DNA of 32,000 nucleotides from Acaryochloris marina S15 (GCF_018336915.1 NZ_CP064923.1:3060001-3092000), one strand, 5' to 3'; positions 1 to 9,602 are shown, counted from the first letter of the stretch. Notes: generated from the letters alone by a model not told the origin. Program-made: numbers and translations.

Positions 1-1
1 G

Positions 2-145
2 CGTGAGTCCTATGACATGTATGGCATCATCTACGAAGGTCATCCAAACCTGACTCGTATCCTTATGCCTGAAGATTGGGTGGGTTGGCCGTTGCGTAAG
101 GACTATATCAGTCCAGATTTCTACGAACTTCAGGATGCCTATTAA
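2..145 (+). CDS. ndhJ: NDH-1 (NAD(P)H-quinone oxidoreductase) subunit J, 3' end only; the gene begins upstream of the window
   Basis: The frame starting at nt 2 reads [47 protein letters not shown], then TAA at 143-145. This is the conserved NdhJ/NuoC C-terminal block. It is absent from the ORF track because no start codon lies in the window. Confidence 0.85.
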   Translation, partial: RESYDMYGIIYEGHPNLTRILMPEDWVGWPLRKDYISPDFYELQDAY

Positions 146-172
146 ACTCACTCAAACGTTATCTGCTAAAAG

Positions 173-204
173 AAAAGGCCCTACTAAATTTAGTAGGGCC
201 TTTT
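173..204. terminator. Bidirectional rho-independent terminator between convergent ndhJ and ino1
   Basis: Perfect 14-bp stem AAAAGGCCCTACTA (173-186) / TAGTAGGGCCTTTT (191-204) with loop AATT. An A-run lies upstream and TTTTCTTTTT downstream, so it works on either strand. Confidence 0.7.
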
Positions 205-228
205 CTTTTTACAAAACCAAGATTTTCC

Positions 229-1332
229 TTAGTCTTCCCGACGACCTGCAATAAAGTCTTCGGTCATGTCATAGGCTTCTTGATCCGTGAACTGCTGAGG
301 AGGATGCTTCATAAAGAAGGATGAGGGGGAGTGGAGAATCCCACCTTTCTTAGCTTTCAGCGCTAGTTTGCAGCATCGAATTGCATCAATAGAGACGCCC
401 GCAGAATTAGGAGAGTCTTCCACAGACAAGCGCAGTTCTATGTTCATGGGAACATCGCCAAACAGCTTCCCTTCCATACGAATAAAACAGACTTTATTGT
501 CTTGCTGCCAGGAGACATAGTCACTTGGCCCCACATGAATATCGTGATCGTCTAGGCGATCACCTAATACTGCCTGAACCGCTTCGGTTTTCGACTCTTT
601 CTTCGAGGCCAGGCGGCTGCGATTAAGCATATTCAGAAAGTCTGTGTTGCCACCTGTATTGAGCTGGTAAGTCCGCTCTAACTTCACGCCACGCTTCTTA
701 AATAAGTCAGATAGCGTGCGGTGGGTAATGGTGGCACCCAGTTGGGCTTTAATGTCATCTCCAACAATGGGAAGATTATTTTGCTTAAACTTTTCGGCCC
801 ACAGAGGATTGCTAGCGATAAAGACTGGAATGCAATTGACAAAGCCGACGCCTGCATCAATTGCACATTCAGCGTAAAAGTTCGTCGCTTCTTCCGAACC
901 TACGGGTAAATAGTTGACGAGAATCTCGGCCCCAGAGTCTTTAAGGCTTTTGACAATATCTGCTTTAGAAGGTTCTGCTGCCTGACTAAGAATAAACGTA
1001 TATTCAGGCTTGTGATCGCTCATATGCTCAGAGAAGCCATCCAAGATTTTACCCATAGAGACTTTGACACCACTATCGGGAAGGTCTGAGCAAAAGACAG
1101 TGGTGCAGTTAGGTGCAGAAAAAATAGCTTTAGAGACATCCTGACCAACTTTGCGTTCGTCAACATCAAAAGCCGCAACGACTTCTATATCGTGGGGTTT
1201 AAACCCACCAATGTCCCAATGCATAATGCCAATGGCGTCTTCAGGGCTTTTGGTTTTGTAATACTCAATCCCTTGAACCAGGGAGCTTGCACAGTTGCCA
1301 ATCCCTATTATCGCTATCTTGATCTTTTCCAC
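229..1332 (-). CDS. ino1: myo-inositol-1-phosphate synthase (inositol-3-phosphate synthase), bacterial/archaeal Ino1 type
   Basis: 367 aa. N-terminal Rossmann motif IAIIGIGNCASSLVQGIEYY. Conserved blocks LPVGSEEA, PIVGDDIKAQLGATITHR, LNTGGNTDFLNML and DSPNSAG are colinear with actinobacterial Ino1. GTG start preceded by GAAGGAGA. Confidence 0.93.
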   Translation of the reverse strand: MEKIKIAIIGIGNCASSLVQGIEYYKTKSPEDAIGIMHWDIGGFKPHDIEVVAAFDVDERKVGQDVSKAIFSAPNCTTVFCSDLPDSGVKVSMGKILDGFSEHMSDHKPEYTFILSQAAEPSKADIVKSLKDSGAEILVNYLPVGSEEATNFYAECAIDAGVGFVNCIPVFIASNPLWAEKFKQNNLPIVGDDIKAQLGATITHRTLSDLFKKRGVKLERTYQLNTGGNTDFLNMLNRSRLASKKESKTEAVQAVLGDRLDDHDIHVGPSDYVSWQQDNKVCFIRMEGKLFGDVPMNIELRLSVEDSPNSAGVSIDAIRCCKLALKAKKGGILHSPSSFFMKHPPQQFTDQEAYDMTEDFIAGRRED

Positions 1333-2207
1333 TAAAACTTATCTCCTTCGCAGAATTTAGGGTTTCGAGCAACCTGTTTGTTATCCAACCAAATGGCCGT
1401 AATGTAAAGCCCATCACCTAATAATTTTGATGGCAGCCAAACAGATACATTCTTTTGCGAAAAACTGCATAGAGCCGATCGCTGCAATCCCTGAATATCA
1501 ACAACTTTCTGGTGAAACAGTTCAAGATTCTGATGAAAACATCCTTCCCAGGTAAATACAACGACAAAAGACTAAAACAAATGTTCCAACAGCCAAGGTT
1601 CCTATGGGATAAGAACAAAATTTGGGTTGGATTCTCGCTTTAGTCTAGGTCCAGCATGCCAAGGAGGAAGATCAAATCTGTTCACCTAGTATGTTAGGGG
1701 ATAACGATCTAGCGCATATCCCTGCACTCTACTAGAAGATAGTAACTTAGCTTTCACCATTCGTTAACCGGAGTTAACCAAAAACCTATGGTAAACCGAA
1801 GAGGTACAAAACAGAAATAGATTTTTCAGGTGTTGGTAGGGTTTCCTCATCCTTTGGCGGAGGCTAGTCTTCTGGGGGTGAGGTGGAATGAGTTGAAGAT
1901 CACACTGCTGTAGTGTGTCCAGTTGGTGGAGAAGGGTTGAGTCAGTCCGGGCCAGGGCAAGGGGTATACAGGTCCGATTTCTCTGACATGTGTCGCATAA
2001 CATACAGAGTCTATATCCTTAACAATGGGTAGATATTGAAGGATCACACAGGTGAATCAATATCTCCTGATCTACTGACAAATCAACCAAACAATCGTGG
2101 GTTAGGTATGGTTTGATGCTCAGCTAAGTTTGCCAGCCTTTGCAAATTTAGCAATCTCAATTAGAAAAAGCGGTTGCCTTAACTACAAAAGTAGGATTTG
2201 GGCAACG

Positions 2208-2705
2208 TTAGATTTTGGGGAGCTGGTCAATCTCAAAATACTGATAGAACTGATTGGTCACTTGCACTCGGTAAGACCGTCCAGTCGATAGACGACGTCT
2301 TTGCACAAATCCCTGATCCATTAGGTCATGGACATGCTGATAGGCGCCTGATCCTCTCAATTCCACCAGATCGGTTTGGGCAATGGGACCTTTTAAGGCA
2401 ATGGCAGCTAAGGTTCTTAAGGCTCCAACTCCTATATCAACAGGAACCAGCGTATTCACCATACTTTTATAGGTTTGACGCAGTTGGAGGCTGTAGCCAA
2501 CATCGGTTTCAACAATTTCTAGGGCACTATCCCGGTGGGCATAATCTTGCATCAGTTCGATCAAGGCATCTTCAGCATCATCGCGATCGCATTGAGCGTA
2601 TTCCACAATTTTGCTGAGGGTCAACGGTTGGGCTTTTAGGTAGAGAATGGCCTCAATCACCGTTGCTAAACGGGTGGATGCGGCTGTTTCAGTAGTGCCA
2701 ACCAC
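2208..2705 (-). CDS. scpB: segregation and condensation protein B
   Basis: 165 aa. IEAILYLKAQPLTLSKI ... ALRTLAAIALKGPIAQTDLVELRGSGAYQHVHDLMDQGFV is the tandem winged-helix ScpB pattern. The start (GTG at 2705) is uncertain. Confidence 0.85.
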   Translation of the reverse strand: MVGTTETAASTRLATVIEAILYLKAQPLTLSKIVEYAQCDRDDAEDALIELMQDYAHRDSALEIVETDVGYSLQLRQTYKSMVNTLVPVDIGVGALRTLAAIALKGPIAQTDLVELRGSGAYQHVHDLMDQGFVQRRRLSTGRSYRVQVTNQFYQYFEIDQLPKI

Positions 2706-3212
2706 AATAAATGCTCCTCGATCAATGCAGGGGGAAAGACAATCTGTATTGCGCCAATGATAGCTTCTCTGCTCGCGATCGCAACCATAGGTAAGGATTT
2801 TAATCCAAATTGCGTCCCGTCAGTTCCACCAAAATATCATCTAGGTTTGCAGGACGAAATCATCCCCACCCGATCGTTTTGATGCTCTAGAGTGTCCTGG
2901 GCTGCATCTGGGGTGGGGAAAAATTGATCATCCCATTGAGAAAGGCTACTTTCTTCTACCTGTTTAACCAGTAGCCCCTCTCTATGCTGCTTTTTGAGTC
3001 CTGCTAGAGTGCCGTATATTTCTCCAAATTAATTGCTCAAGATAGACCGTTAACCGCTGGTACTTGGCTATAGATTTGGGAAATATGGTGAAGTGAAACC
3101 GATGAATTCATGGATGTGATACGATAAATTGTTCCGCCGACTTCATCTCCTTTCGGTTAGGTGGCATGTAGTCCACCAAGATTCGAAGTCCATCGTCCTT
3201 GTTGAGGTATTT

Positions 3213-3416
3213 ATGGCTAAGCGCCGCAACCTAAAGAAAGAAAAAGCCTTGCGAAATCAAGCTTATGCCCGAAAGTTTCGTAAGCGTTCAGGCTCTGGCC
3301 GCTTTGGTCGACGTCAGTATAATTCTAATCGTCAAGAATCCACTTCGGACAATCAAAACGGAGAGAATCAGGAATCTAATAATTCTTCTGATAATACAGC
3401 CACCGCTTCAGATTAG
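3213..3416 (+). CDS. small basic hypothetical protein (67 aa) with a Lys/Arg-rich N-terminus and a Ser/Asn/Gln-rich tail
   Basis: Internal ATG at 3213 of the 3129-3416 ORF, preceded by GAGG. Translation is MAKRRNLKKEKALRNQAYARKFRKRSG.... No family recognised. Confidence 0.45.
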   Translation: MAKRRNLKKEKALRNQAYARKFRKRSGSGRFGRRQYNSNRQESTSDNQNGENQESNNSSDNTATASD

Positions 3417-3869
3417 TTTTTGCTAACGTCGCTATTCTTTTTCGGGGTTTACTTTTTCTCGAACAGGATTAGCTTAACTTGAGTATCCAAGGATAATGTG
3501 GTCTTTGGATGCTTTTGTGTAAGTATCACCTGTACTTGGTCCATACTCAGCTCTGTTCCTAAGCAGCTTCTTCACCCAGTCTTTCTCAGGTTTCTCAGCA
3601 AACCCTCTAACTCTTCTCAGATTAGTTCTTTCATCTTTTCAGGAAAACATCATGGTTTTCTCAGAGTAAAACCCTATGATGCCGACAAAAGAATGGAGAG
3701 GAGTATATTAGATGGGATAGATTTCTAATACTGTTCATTACACAATTAAACGGGTTCTTTCGCCATTTCTTATTATCCTTTGCAAGCTTAAATTAGAGTT
3801 GTCACCCTCACAAAAGCTTAGGGGTACCATCGCAAGAAGACCGAGAACCGTTAAGTCCAAGGGGAGACT

Positions 3870-4928
3870 ATGCAAACCATTCTTGCTGGGGATATTGGAG
3901 GCACTAAAACCATTCTGCGCCTAGTCAAAGCAGAACCATCGCTTTCCCAACACTCTATTCCCCAACTGACAACGCTATCTGAACAGACTTACCCAAGTCA
4001 GGACTTTTCAGACTTAAGCCCTATGATTGAGCAGTTTCTGGCCCAATCCGAGGCAGGAACTACAACCCAAGCAGCCTGTTTTGGCATTGCTGGCCCTGTC
4101 ATCGATGACACCTCAGAGCTCACTAACTTATCTTGGTCTTTGAATGCTCGTCGTCTGGAGTCGGAATTTGGTATCAATCATGTTGCCTTGATCAATGACT
4201 TTGCTTCAGTGGGATATGGCATTTTGGGCTTAGAAAAGCAAGACATTGCGACGCTGCAGGCTGCACCTGCAAACCCAAAAGCACCCATTGCCGTCATTGG
4301 CGCCGGTACTGGCTTAGGGGAAGGATTCCTGATACCAGATGCTAAAGGCTATCATGTCTTTCCCAGTGAAGGAGGCCATGCAGATTTTGCCCCCCGCACG
4401 CCTATTGAGTTTCAACTCCTTGATTTCTTGCGAGAGAATATGAAGCTAGAACGGGTTTCTGTGGAACGGGTCGTGTCTGGCACAGGGATTGTCTCGGTCT
4501 ATCGATTTCTGCGGAGTTTAGGTCAGCATCCAGAGTCATCTGAGATGGCCCAGGTCTTTCAAGCTTGGGAGCAAAGAGGGGATCAACCCGATCATTTAGT
4601 TGATCCGGCAGCTGCGATCGCACAAGCCGCATTGCAGAGCACAGATCCCCTCTGTCAAAAAACCTTGGCCCTCTTTGTCGAAGCCTATGGGGCTGAAGCT
4701 GGAAATTTAGCATTAAAGCTTCTACCCTATGGAGGGCTGTACATTGCTGGGGGCGTAGCAGCTAAAATTTTGCCCTTACTTCAGACAGGGGCATTCCTCA
4801 AAGCATTTCAGACTAAGGGACGAGTGAGTCCTCTCCTCCATAAAGTTCCGATTCATGTCGTGCTCAATCCCAAAGTAGGGCTAATGGGTTCCGCCATCTA
4901 CGCAGCCCAGCTCTCAGCAGATTCTTAG
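3870..4928 (+). CDS. glk: glucokinase
   Basis: 352 aa. N-terminal ATP-binding motif LAGDIGGTKT. The rest is colinear with bacterial Glk (ROK-independent glucokinase family). AAGGGGAG Shine-Dalgarno before the ATG. Confidence 0.92.
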   Translation: MQTILAGDIGGTKTILRLVKAEPSLSQHSIPQLTTLSEQTYPSQDFSDLSPMIEQFLAQSEAGTTTQAACFGIAGPVIDDTSELTNLSWSLNARRLESEFGINHVALINDFASVGYGILGLEKQDIATLQAAPANPKAPIAVIGAGTGLGEGFLIPDAKGYHVFPSEGGHADFAPRTPIEFQLLDFLRENMKLERVSVERVVSGTGIVSVYRFLRSLGQHPESSEMAQVFQAWEQRGDQPDHLVDPAAAIAQAALQSTDPLCQKTLALFVEAYGAEAGNLALKLLPYGGLYIAGGVAAKILPLLQTGAFLKAFQTKGRVSPLLHKVPIHVVLNPKVGLMGSAIYAAQLSADS

Positions 4929-5023
4929 AATTTATCTGCATAATGGTTGCGTTGATTTTGACTGGTCTGGGAAAGAGTTTTTCGTTTCTATACCTATTTA
5001 ATCCTGAGGAGTTTTCGCAATCC

Positions 5024-6571
5024 ATGACACAATCTTCTTTTTCTGGTGTGAACATCCCCCCCATGGATGTTCATAATCGCAAGCTCATCAATAACGTTCA
5101 TCCTCCAGATTGGGTGAATCCTACCCCAGTTGAATGTTATGACCTGGTTGTGATTGGATCGGGAACAGCGGGTTTAGTCACTGCAAAGGGCGCAGCAGGT
5201 CTAGGCGTCGGCCTGAAGGTCGCCTTAATCGAAAAGCACTTGATGGGCGGAGATTGCTTGAATGTAGGTTGCGTGCCCTCCAAGTGCCTGATCCGATCCG
5301 CCCGAGTCGCCGCTGATATGCGGGACTCTGAGCCCTATGGGATTCATCCGCCAGCCCAGATAGATATCGACTTTCAAGTAGTCATGGAGCGGATGCGTCA
5401 GGTTCGTGCTCGCATTAGTCCCGTGGACTCTGCTGCTGCTGCCGCTAAGTCTGGTGTAGATATGTATTTGGGAGAGGGCAAATTTACAGGTCCCAATACA
5501 GTATCCGTAGATGGGAAAACCCTCCGGTTTAAAAAGGCCGTGATTACCACAGGTGCAAGGGCCGTCAGACCCCGAATTGAAGGGATTGAGGAAGTCGGGT
5601 ATCTCACCAACGAAACGGTTTTCTCCCTAACGGAACTACCGAAGCGCCTTGCCGTGATTGGGGGTGGACCCATTGGCTGTGAACTCGCCCAGTCCTTTCA
5701 CCGCTTAGGCAGTCAAGTGGTGCTCTTCCACAGAGGCTCCCATCTCTTGAATAAAGAAGATGCCGATGCCGCAGATATTGTGCAGCAAGCCTTTCTCAAA
5801 GAAGGCATTAAGCTGGTGTTAGGCTGCCAAATGAGGCGAGTTGAACAAACTCCCGCAGGGAAAGTGATTCACTTCATTTGCGATGGCCGAGCAGAATCCA
5901 TTGTCGTCGATGAAATATTGGCCGGTGCAGGTCGTGCTCCCAATGTCGATGGATTAAATCTCGAAGCTGTTGGGGTTGAGTATGATAGCCGCAAAGGCGT
6001 TGCCGTCAACGATCACCTTCAAACCACAAATCCTAAAATTTATGCAGCTGGGGATATCTGCATGAACTGGAAATTTACCCATGCTGCCGATGCTGCTGCC
6101 CGCATCGTCCTCAAAAATACCTTATTTTCCCCCTTTGGCATTGGTAAGTACAAACTCAGCGATCTGGTCATGCCCTGGGTGACGTTCACGGATCCTGAAA
6201 TTGCCCATGTCGGCTTGTATGAAGGGGAAGCCCAGGATCAGGGCATGGATGTCAACACTATTAAGATCCTGTTTGATGATGTGGATCGAGCCCTCGCGGA
6301 TGGGGAAGAAGAAGGTTTCGTCAAAATTCATCTGGCCAAGGGATCGGACAAAATCATCGGAGCCACCATCGTTGCCCGTCATGCTGGTGAAATGATCAGT
6401 GAAATTACAACGGCCATGATTGGCAAAGTGGGATTGGGAAGTATGGCAAGCGTCATCCACCCCTATCCCACCCAGGCATCTGCCATTAAACAGGCTGCAG
6501 ATGCTTACCGTCGAACTTTACTAACAGCCAGAACCATTAAGTTCTTGGGACTGTTAACCAAACTCTCCTAG
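5024..6571 (+). CDS. FAD-dependent pyridine nucleotide-disulfide oxidoreductase, MerA / dihydrolipoamide-dehydrogenase-like
   Basis: FAD motif VVIGSGTAGL. Redox-active disulfide motif GGDCLNVGCVPSK. Second dinucleotide fold VIGGGPIGCE. C-terminal dimerisation domain present. I prefer ATG 5024 (GAGGAG upstream) over the track start 4943, whose extra 27 aa look non-coding. Confidence 0.88.
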   Translation: MTQSSFSGVNIPPMDVHNRKLINNVHPPDWVNPTPVECYDLVVIGSGTAGLVTAKGAAGLGVGLKVALIEKHLMGGDCLNVGCVPSKCLIRSARVAADMRDSEPYGIHPPAQIDIDFQVVMERMRQVRARISPVDSAAAAAKSGVDMYLGEGKFTGPNTVSVDGKTLRFKKAVITTGARAVRPRIEGIEEVGYLTNETVFSLTELPKRLAVIGGGPIGCELAQSFHRLGSQVVLFHRGSHLLNKEDADAADIVQQAFLKEGIKLVLGCQMRRVEQTPAGKVIHFICDGRAESIVVDEILAGAGRAPNVDGLNLEAVGVEYDSRKGVAVNDHLQTTNPKIYAAGDICMNWKFTHAADAAARIVLKNTLFSPFGIGKYKLSDLVMPWVTFTDPEIAHVGLYEGEAQDQGMDVNTIKILFDDVDRALADGEEEGFVKIHLAKGSDKIIGATIVARHAGEMISEITTAMIGKVGLGSMASVIHPYPTQASAIKQAADAYRRTLLTARTIKFLGLLTKLS

Positions 6572-6610
6572 GGTTGGAAAGTCTCTCAATCACTCTGAAA
6601 TTTTTTGGCG

Positions 6611-6647
6611 CAAACTTACAGTCAGGTATTGCCTGACTGTAAGTTTG
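6611..6647 (+). terminator. Rho-independent terminator after the oxidoreductase gene
   Basis: Perfect 16-bp stem CAAACTTACAGTCAGG (6611-6626) / CCTGACTGTAAGTTTG (6632-6647) with loop TATTG, followed by the T-rich GGTGTTGTTATTT. Confidence 0.65.
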
Positions 6648-6678
6648 GGTGTTGTTATTTATATCAAGGAAGAGCTTC

Positions 6679-8358
6679 ATGCCCGCAGCAATAGATGCCA
6701 ATCACAAGTGGTGGCAAGGGGGAGTCATTTATCAGATCTACCCCCTCACCTTTGCCGATGGGAACGGGGATGGCATCGGGGATTTACGGGGAATTATTCA
6801 ACGGCTAGACTACCTAAACGATGGAGATCCCGATAATACGACTGACTTAGGCATTGATGCCATATGGCTGTCTCCGGTCAATCAGTCACCAATGGTGGAT
6901 AACGGCTACGATATCAGCGACTATCGCGATATTTGCCCTACCTTCGGCACCTTAGCAGAATTCCAAGAACTGATAGAGCAATGCCATATCCGAGGGATTC
7001 GGGTGATTATGGATATGGTGCTCAACCATACTTCCAATCAGCATCCCTGGTTTATTGAATCCAGTGCTAGCCAGGACAATCCCAAAAGCGATTGGTACCT
7101 CTGGCAAGATCCTGGCTACAAAGAAGGACTTCCTAATAACTGGCTGTCCTATTTTGGGGGAACCGGGTGGACGCTTAATGAAGATCGCCAGCAATATTAC
7201 TTTCATGTTTTCAACGAAAACCAACCTGACTTAAATTGGCGCAACCCCGAGGTCAAGGCAGCCATTTATGACATGCTGCGCTACTGGCTAGATATGGGCA
7301 TTGACGGCTTTCGATTAGATGCCTCTAGTGTGTATAGCAAGGACCAATATTATCGAGATAACCCCGTCAAATTTGGGGCAACCGACAAGAATGCTTACTA
7401 TAACCAAGATCACCTCTACGACAAAGATCTGCCCGACAATCATGGAATTATCCGGGAAATTCGCGCCCTCATGGACGAGTACGAAGACCGGGTCTTGATC
7501 GGGGAGACTTTTATCGACAGCCGTTTGTATGACTCCAATAGCTTTTATGGGGTCAACAATGATGAACTGCATCTCCCCTTTGCCTTTGAATTCCCATTCA
7601 GCCCTTGGTATCCCGGCTATTTACAACGGGAGATCGAGAAGAAAGAGCGGATTACCCCAGCTGGGGCTTGGCCCACCTATTTTCTGGATAACCATGATTT
7701 ACCTCGCCATTTGTCCCGTTGGATTGAATGTGCCTTGTGCACCAATCCCACGGAAATTGCCAAGGCCGCTGCTACCCTACTCTTAACGGTGCGGGGAACG
7801 CCTGTGCTTTACTATGGCCAAGAAATTGGCATGGTTGACAACCAAGATATCCCCCCCGAACTACAGCGCGATCAGGCGATAGTAGCTAGTCCAACGGGAG
7901 AGCTGCCTCCCAATCGAGATGGCTCTCGCACCCCAATGCAATGGGATGCTTCGGCCAATGCTGGATTTAGCTTTGGTAAAGAGGTCGCGCCCTGGCTACC
8001 CGTTCATGCCAACTACCCGGAAATCAATGTAGAGACCACCTTAAAAGACAATGAGTCGATCTTGAACTTTTATCGTAAGTTGCTCTATGTGCGGGCACAA
8101 AGTGAGGCTCTCAAGTTTGGCACTTGGCGGACTCTCATTCATTACCCTTACGAACATATGGCCTATCTGCGAGAGACAAACTCTGAGCAGGTGCTAATCT
8201 TGATCAATTTTGCCTATGAGAAACCCCTAGAGTTAGATGAACCCATTGTCCAAGAGGACTGGACTGTTTTAGCTTCTAATAAATGGGACTCTGGTAAAAC
8301 CGTGACTCTCCCCGAGAATTTGCAATCCTTCGAAATAGATGTTTTGAGGAAAGCATAA
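6679..8358 (+). CDS. GH13 alpha-glucosidase (oligo-1,6-glucosidase / trehalose-6-P-hydrolase-like alpha-amylase family)
   Basis: WWQGGVIYQIYPLTFAD, GIDAIWLSP, DMVLNHTS, GIDGFRLDA, GETF and FLDNHD are GH13 conserved regions I-IV. ATG 6679 (AGGAAG upstream) is preferred because the track start 6649 overlaps the terminator. Confidence 0.9.
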   Translation: MPAAIDANHKWWQGGVIYQIYPLTFADGNGDGIGDLRGIIQRLDYLNDGDPDNTTDLGIDAIWLSPVNQSPMVDNGYDISDYRDICPTFGTLAEFQELIEQCHIRGIRVIMDMVLNHTSNQHPWFIESSASQDNPKSDWYLWQDPGYKEGLPNNWLSYFGGTGWTLNEDRQQYYFHVFNENQPDLNWRNPEVKAAIYDMLRYWLDMGIDGFRLDASSVYSKDQYYRDNPVKFGATDKNAYYNQDHLYDKDLPDNHGIIREIRALMDEYEDRVLIGETFIDSRLYDSNSFYGVNNDELHLPFAFEFPFSPWYPGYLQREIEKKERITPAGAWPTYFLDNHDLPRHLSRWIECALCTNPTEIAKAAATLLLTVRGTPVLYYGQEIGMVDNQDIPPELQRDQAIVASPTGELPPNRDGSRTPMQWDASANAGFSFGKEVAPWLPVHANYPEINVETTLKDNESILNFYRKLLYVRAQSEALKFGTWRTLIHYPYEHMAYLRETNSEQVLILINFAYEKPLELDEPIVQEDWTVLASNKWDSGKTVTLPENLQSFEIDVLRKA

Positions 8359-8472
8359 AGTTGAGATGTGTACTCCAGAATTATTGTTCCGTTTTCCAGA
8401 ATTAGTGCCACACAACGGCTTTGTTGCATGAATCGAGTAAAGGGTAAAGATACGGTTGGCTAGGCAAAAAAT

Positions 8473-9549
8473 ATGACCATGCATCAATCGTGGGGATATG
8501 GCGTCATTGAAGGCTTTTTTGGTAAGCCTTGGACCTGGCAAGCTCGGTTAGATTACGCCAATTTCCTCAAGAAAAATGGGTATCAGTTTTATATCTATGC
8601 TCCCAAAGCAGATCCCTATTTGCGCATCCGGTGGCAGGACTGTTGGCCGGAGACTACCTATGTAGAACTGAAACGGCTAGGAGAACGGTATCGCCAAGCC
8701 GGTATAGCTTGGGGAATCGGCATTAATCTATATGAAATCTTCTTCAATTACGATCAACAGACGATTCAGCAGTTAACTGCCAAAATTCGGTATCTCAATC
8801 AACTTCAACCGGATATTCTGGCAATTTTATTTGATGATATGCGAGGAGATTGCGATCGCATTGCCCATATCCAAGCCGAAATCACCCATCGGATTACTGA
8901 ACTGAGTACGGCAAAAACTTTTATCATGTGCCCGACCTACTACAGTAGCAGTCGGATTCTGGATCAATTGTTTGGAGAACGCCCCGATGACTATTTGGAG
9001 ACCCTGGGAAAATTAATCGATCCACAATTGCATATTTTCTGGACAGGGCCAGAGATTTGCTCGAACAGCTATCCTCTCGAACACCTACAGGAGGTCAGTC
9101 AGAAGCTGGGGAGAAAACCCTTTATTTGGGATAACTATCCGGTCAATGATAGTGCCAATATGTGTAACTATCTGCATCTCAGTGCTTTTGAAGATCGGCC
9201 CTTTCAAATGGCGGAGTGGATCTCAGGACATGCGGTTAATCCCATGAATCAGGCTTACCTTTCTCAAATTCCGTTGCGGACCCTGCACCTGAGTTATCTG
9301 CAACAAGAGCAATATTGTCCTCAGCAGGCGATGCAGGAAGCAGCTCAATCACTATGTAGTCCAGACTTGGCTAATATGCTGATTGATGATCTCAGCTTAT
9401 TGACAGAACAGGGTTTGGAGCAGATGGGGCCAATGCGAAAAGCAGAGTTAATTGCCAAATACCAACCTATAGGTACTGAATTCTCTCAAGAAATCGTGAG
9501 TTGGTTGCAAGGTAACTATCCGTTCTCCACGGACTGTCTAACAATGTGA
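8473..9549 (+). CDS. GH84-family (O-GlcNAcase / beta-N-acetylglucosaminidase-like) protein, catalytic domain only
   Basis: Colinear with GH84/OGA motifs: GVIEGFFGKPW, YIYAPKAD, ILFDDM (the catalytic Asp-Asp pair, nt 8833-8838), CPTYY, WTGP, IWDNYPVND. Confidence 0.85.
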   Translation: MTMHQSWGYGVIEGFFGKPWTWQARLDYANFLKKNGYQFYIYAPKADPYLRIRWQDCWPETTYVELKRLGERYRQAGIAWGIGINLYEIFFNYDQQTIQQLTAKIRYLNQLQPDILAILFDDMRGDCDRIAHIQAEITHRITELSTAKTFIMCPTYYSSSRILDQLFGERPDDYLETLGKLIDPQLHIFWTGPEICSNSYPLEHLQEVSQKLGRKPFIWDNYPVNDSANMCNYLHLSAFEDRPFQMAEWISGHAVNPMNQAYLSQIPLRTLHLSYLQQEQYCPQQAMQEAAQSLCSPDLANMLIDDLSLLTEQGLEQMGPMRKAELIAKYQPIGTEFSQEIVSWLQGNYPFSTDCLTM

Positions 9550-9602
9550 TTATCAAAGCTTTGGATTTCCTCTGTAAGCTGATTTCTACATTTAACTCCT
9601 GA

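Noticed and set aside
2198-2617. 139-aa plus-strand ORF
   Set aside because: It is entirely antisense to the well-supported scpB gene. It is low-complexity and Arg/Gln/Leu-rich, with no motif.
2790-3105. Minus-strand small reading frames (MNSSVSLHHISQIYSQVPAVNGLS* and a start-less ...IYGTLAGLKKQHREGLLVKQVEESSLSQWDDQFFPTPDAAQD...) that might be a frameshifted small gene upstream of scpB
   Set aside because: No start codon exists for the longer frame. Joining the frames needs an assumed frameshift, and I cannot place the sequence in any family. The support is too weak to report as a feature.
3498-3728. 76-aa plus-strand ORF upstream of glk
   Set aside because: It has an atypical start, Cys/Ser/Phe-rich low-complexity translation, no Shine-Dalgarno sequence and no family resemblance.
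4943-5023. N-terminal extensions proposed by the ORF track for the oxidoreductase (4943), plus GH13 (6649), the aminotransferase (22471) and the pilin-like gene (28048)
   Set aside because: The extra residues are hydrophobic or low-complexity. They overlap a terminator or the neighbouring gene. Better-placed ATG codons with Shine-Dalgarno-like sequences or translational coupling exist downstream.
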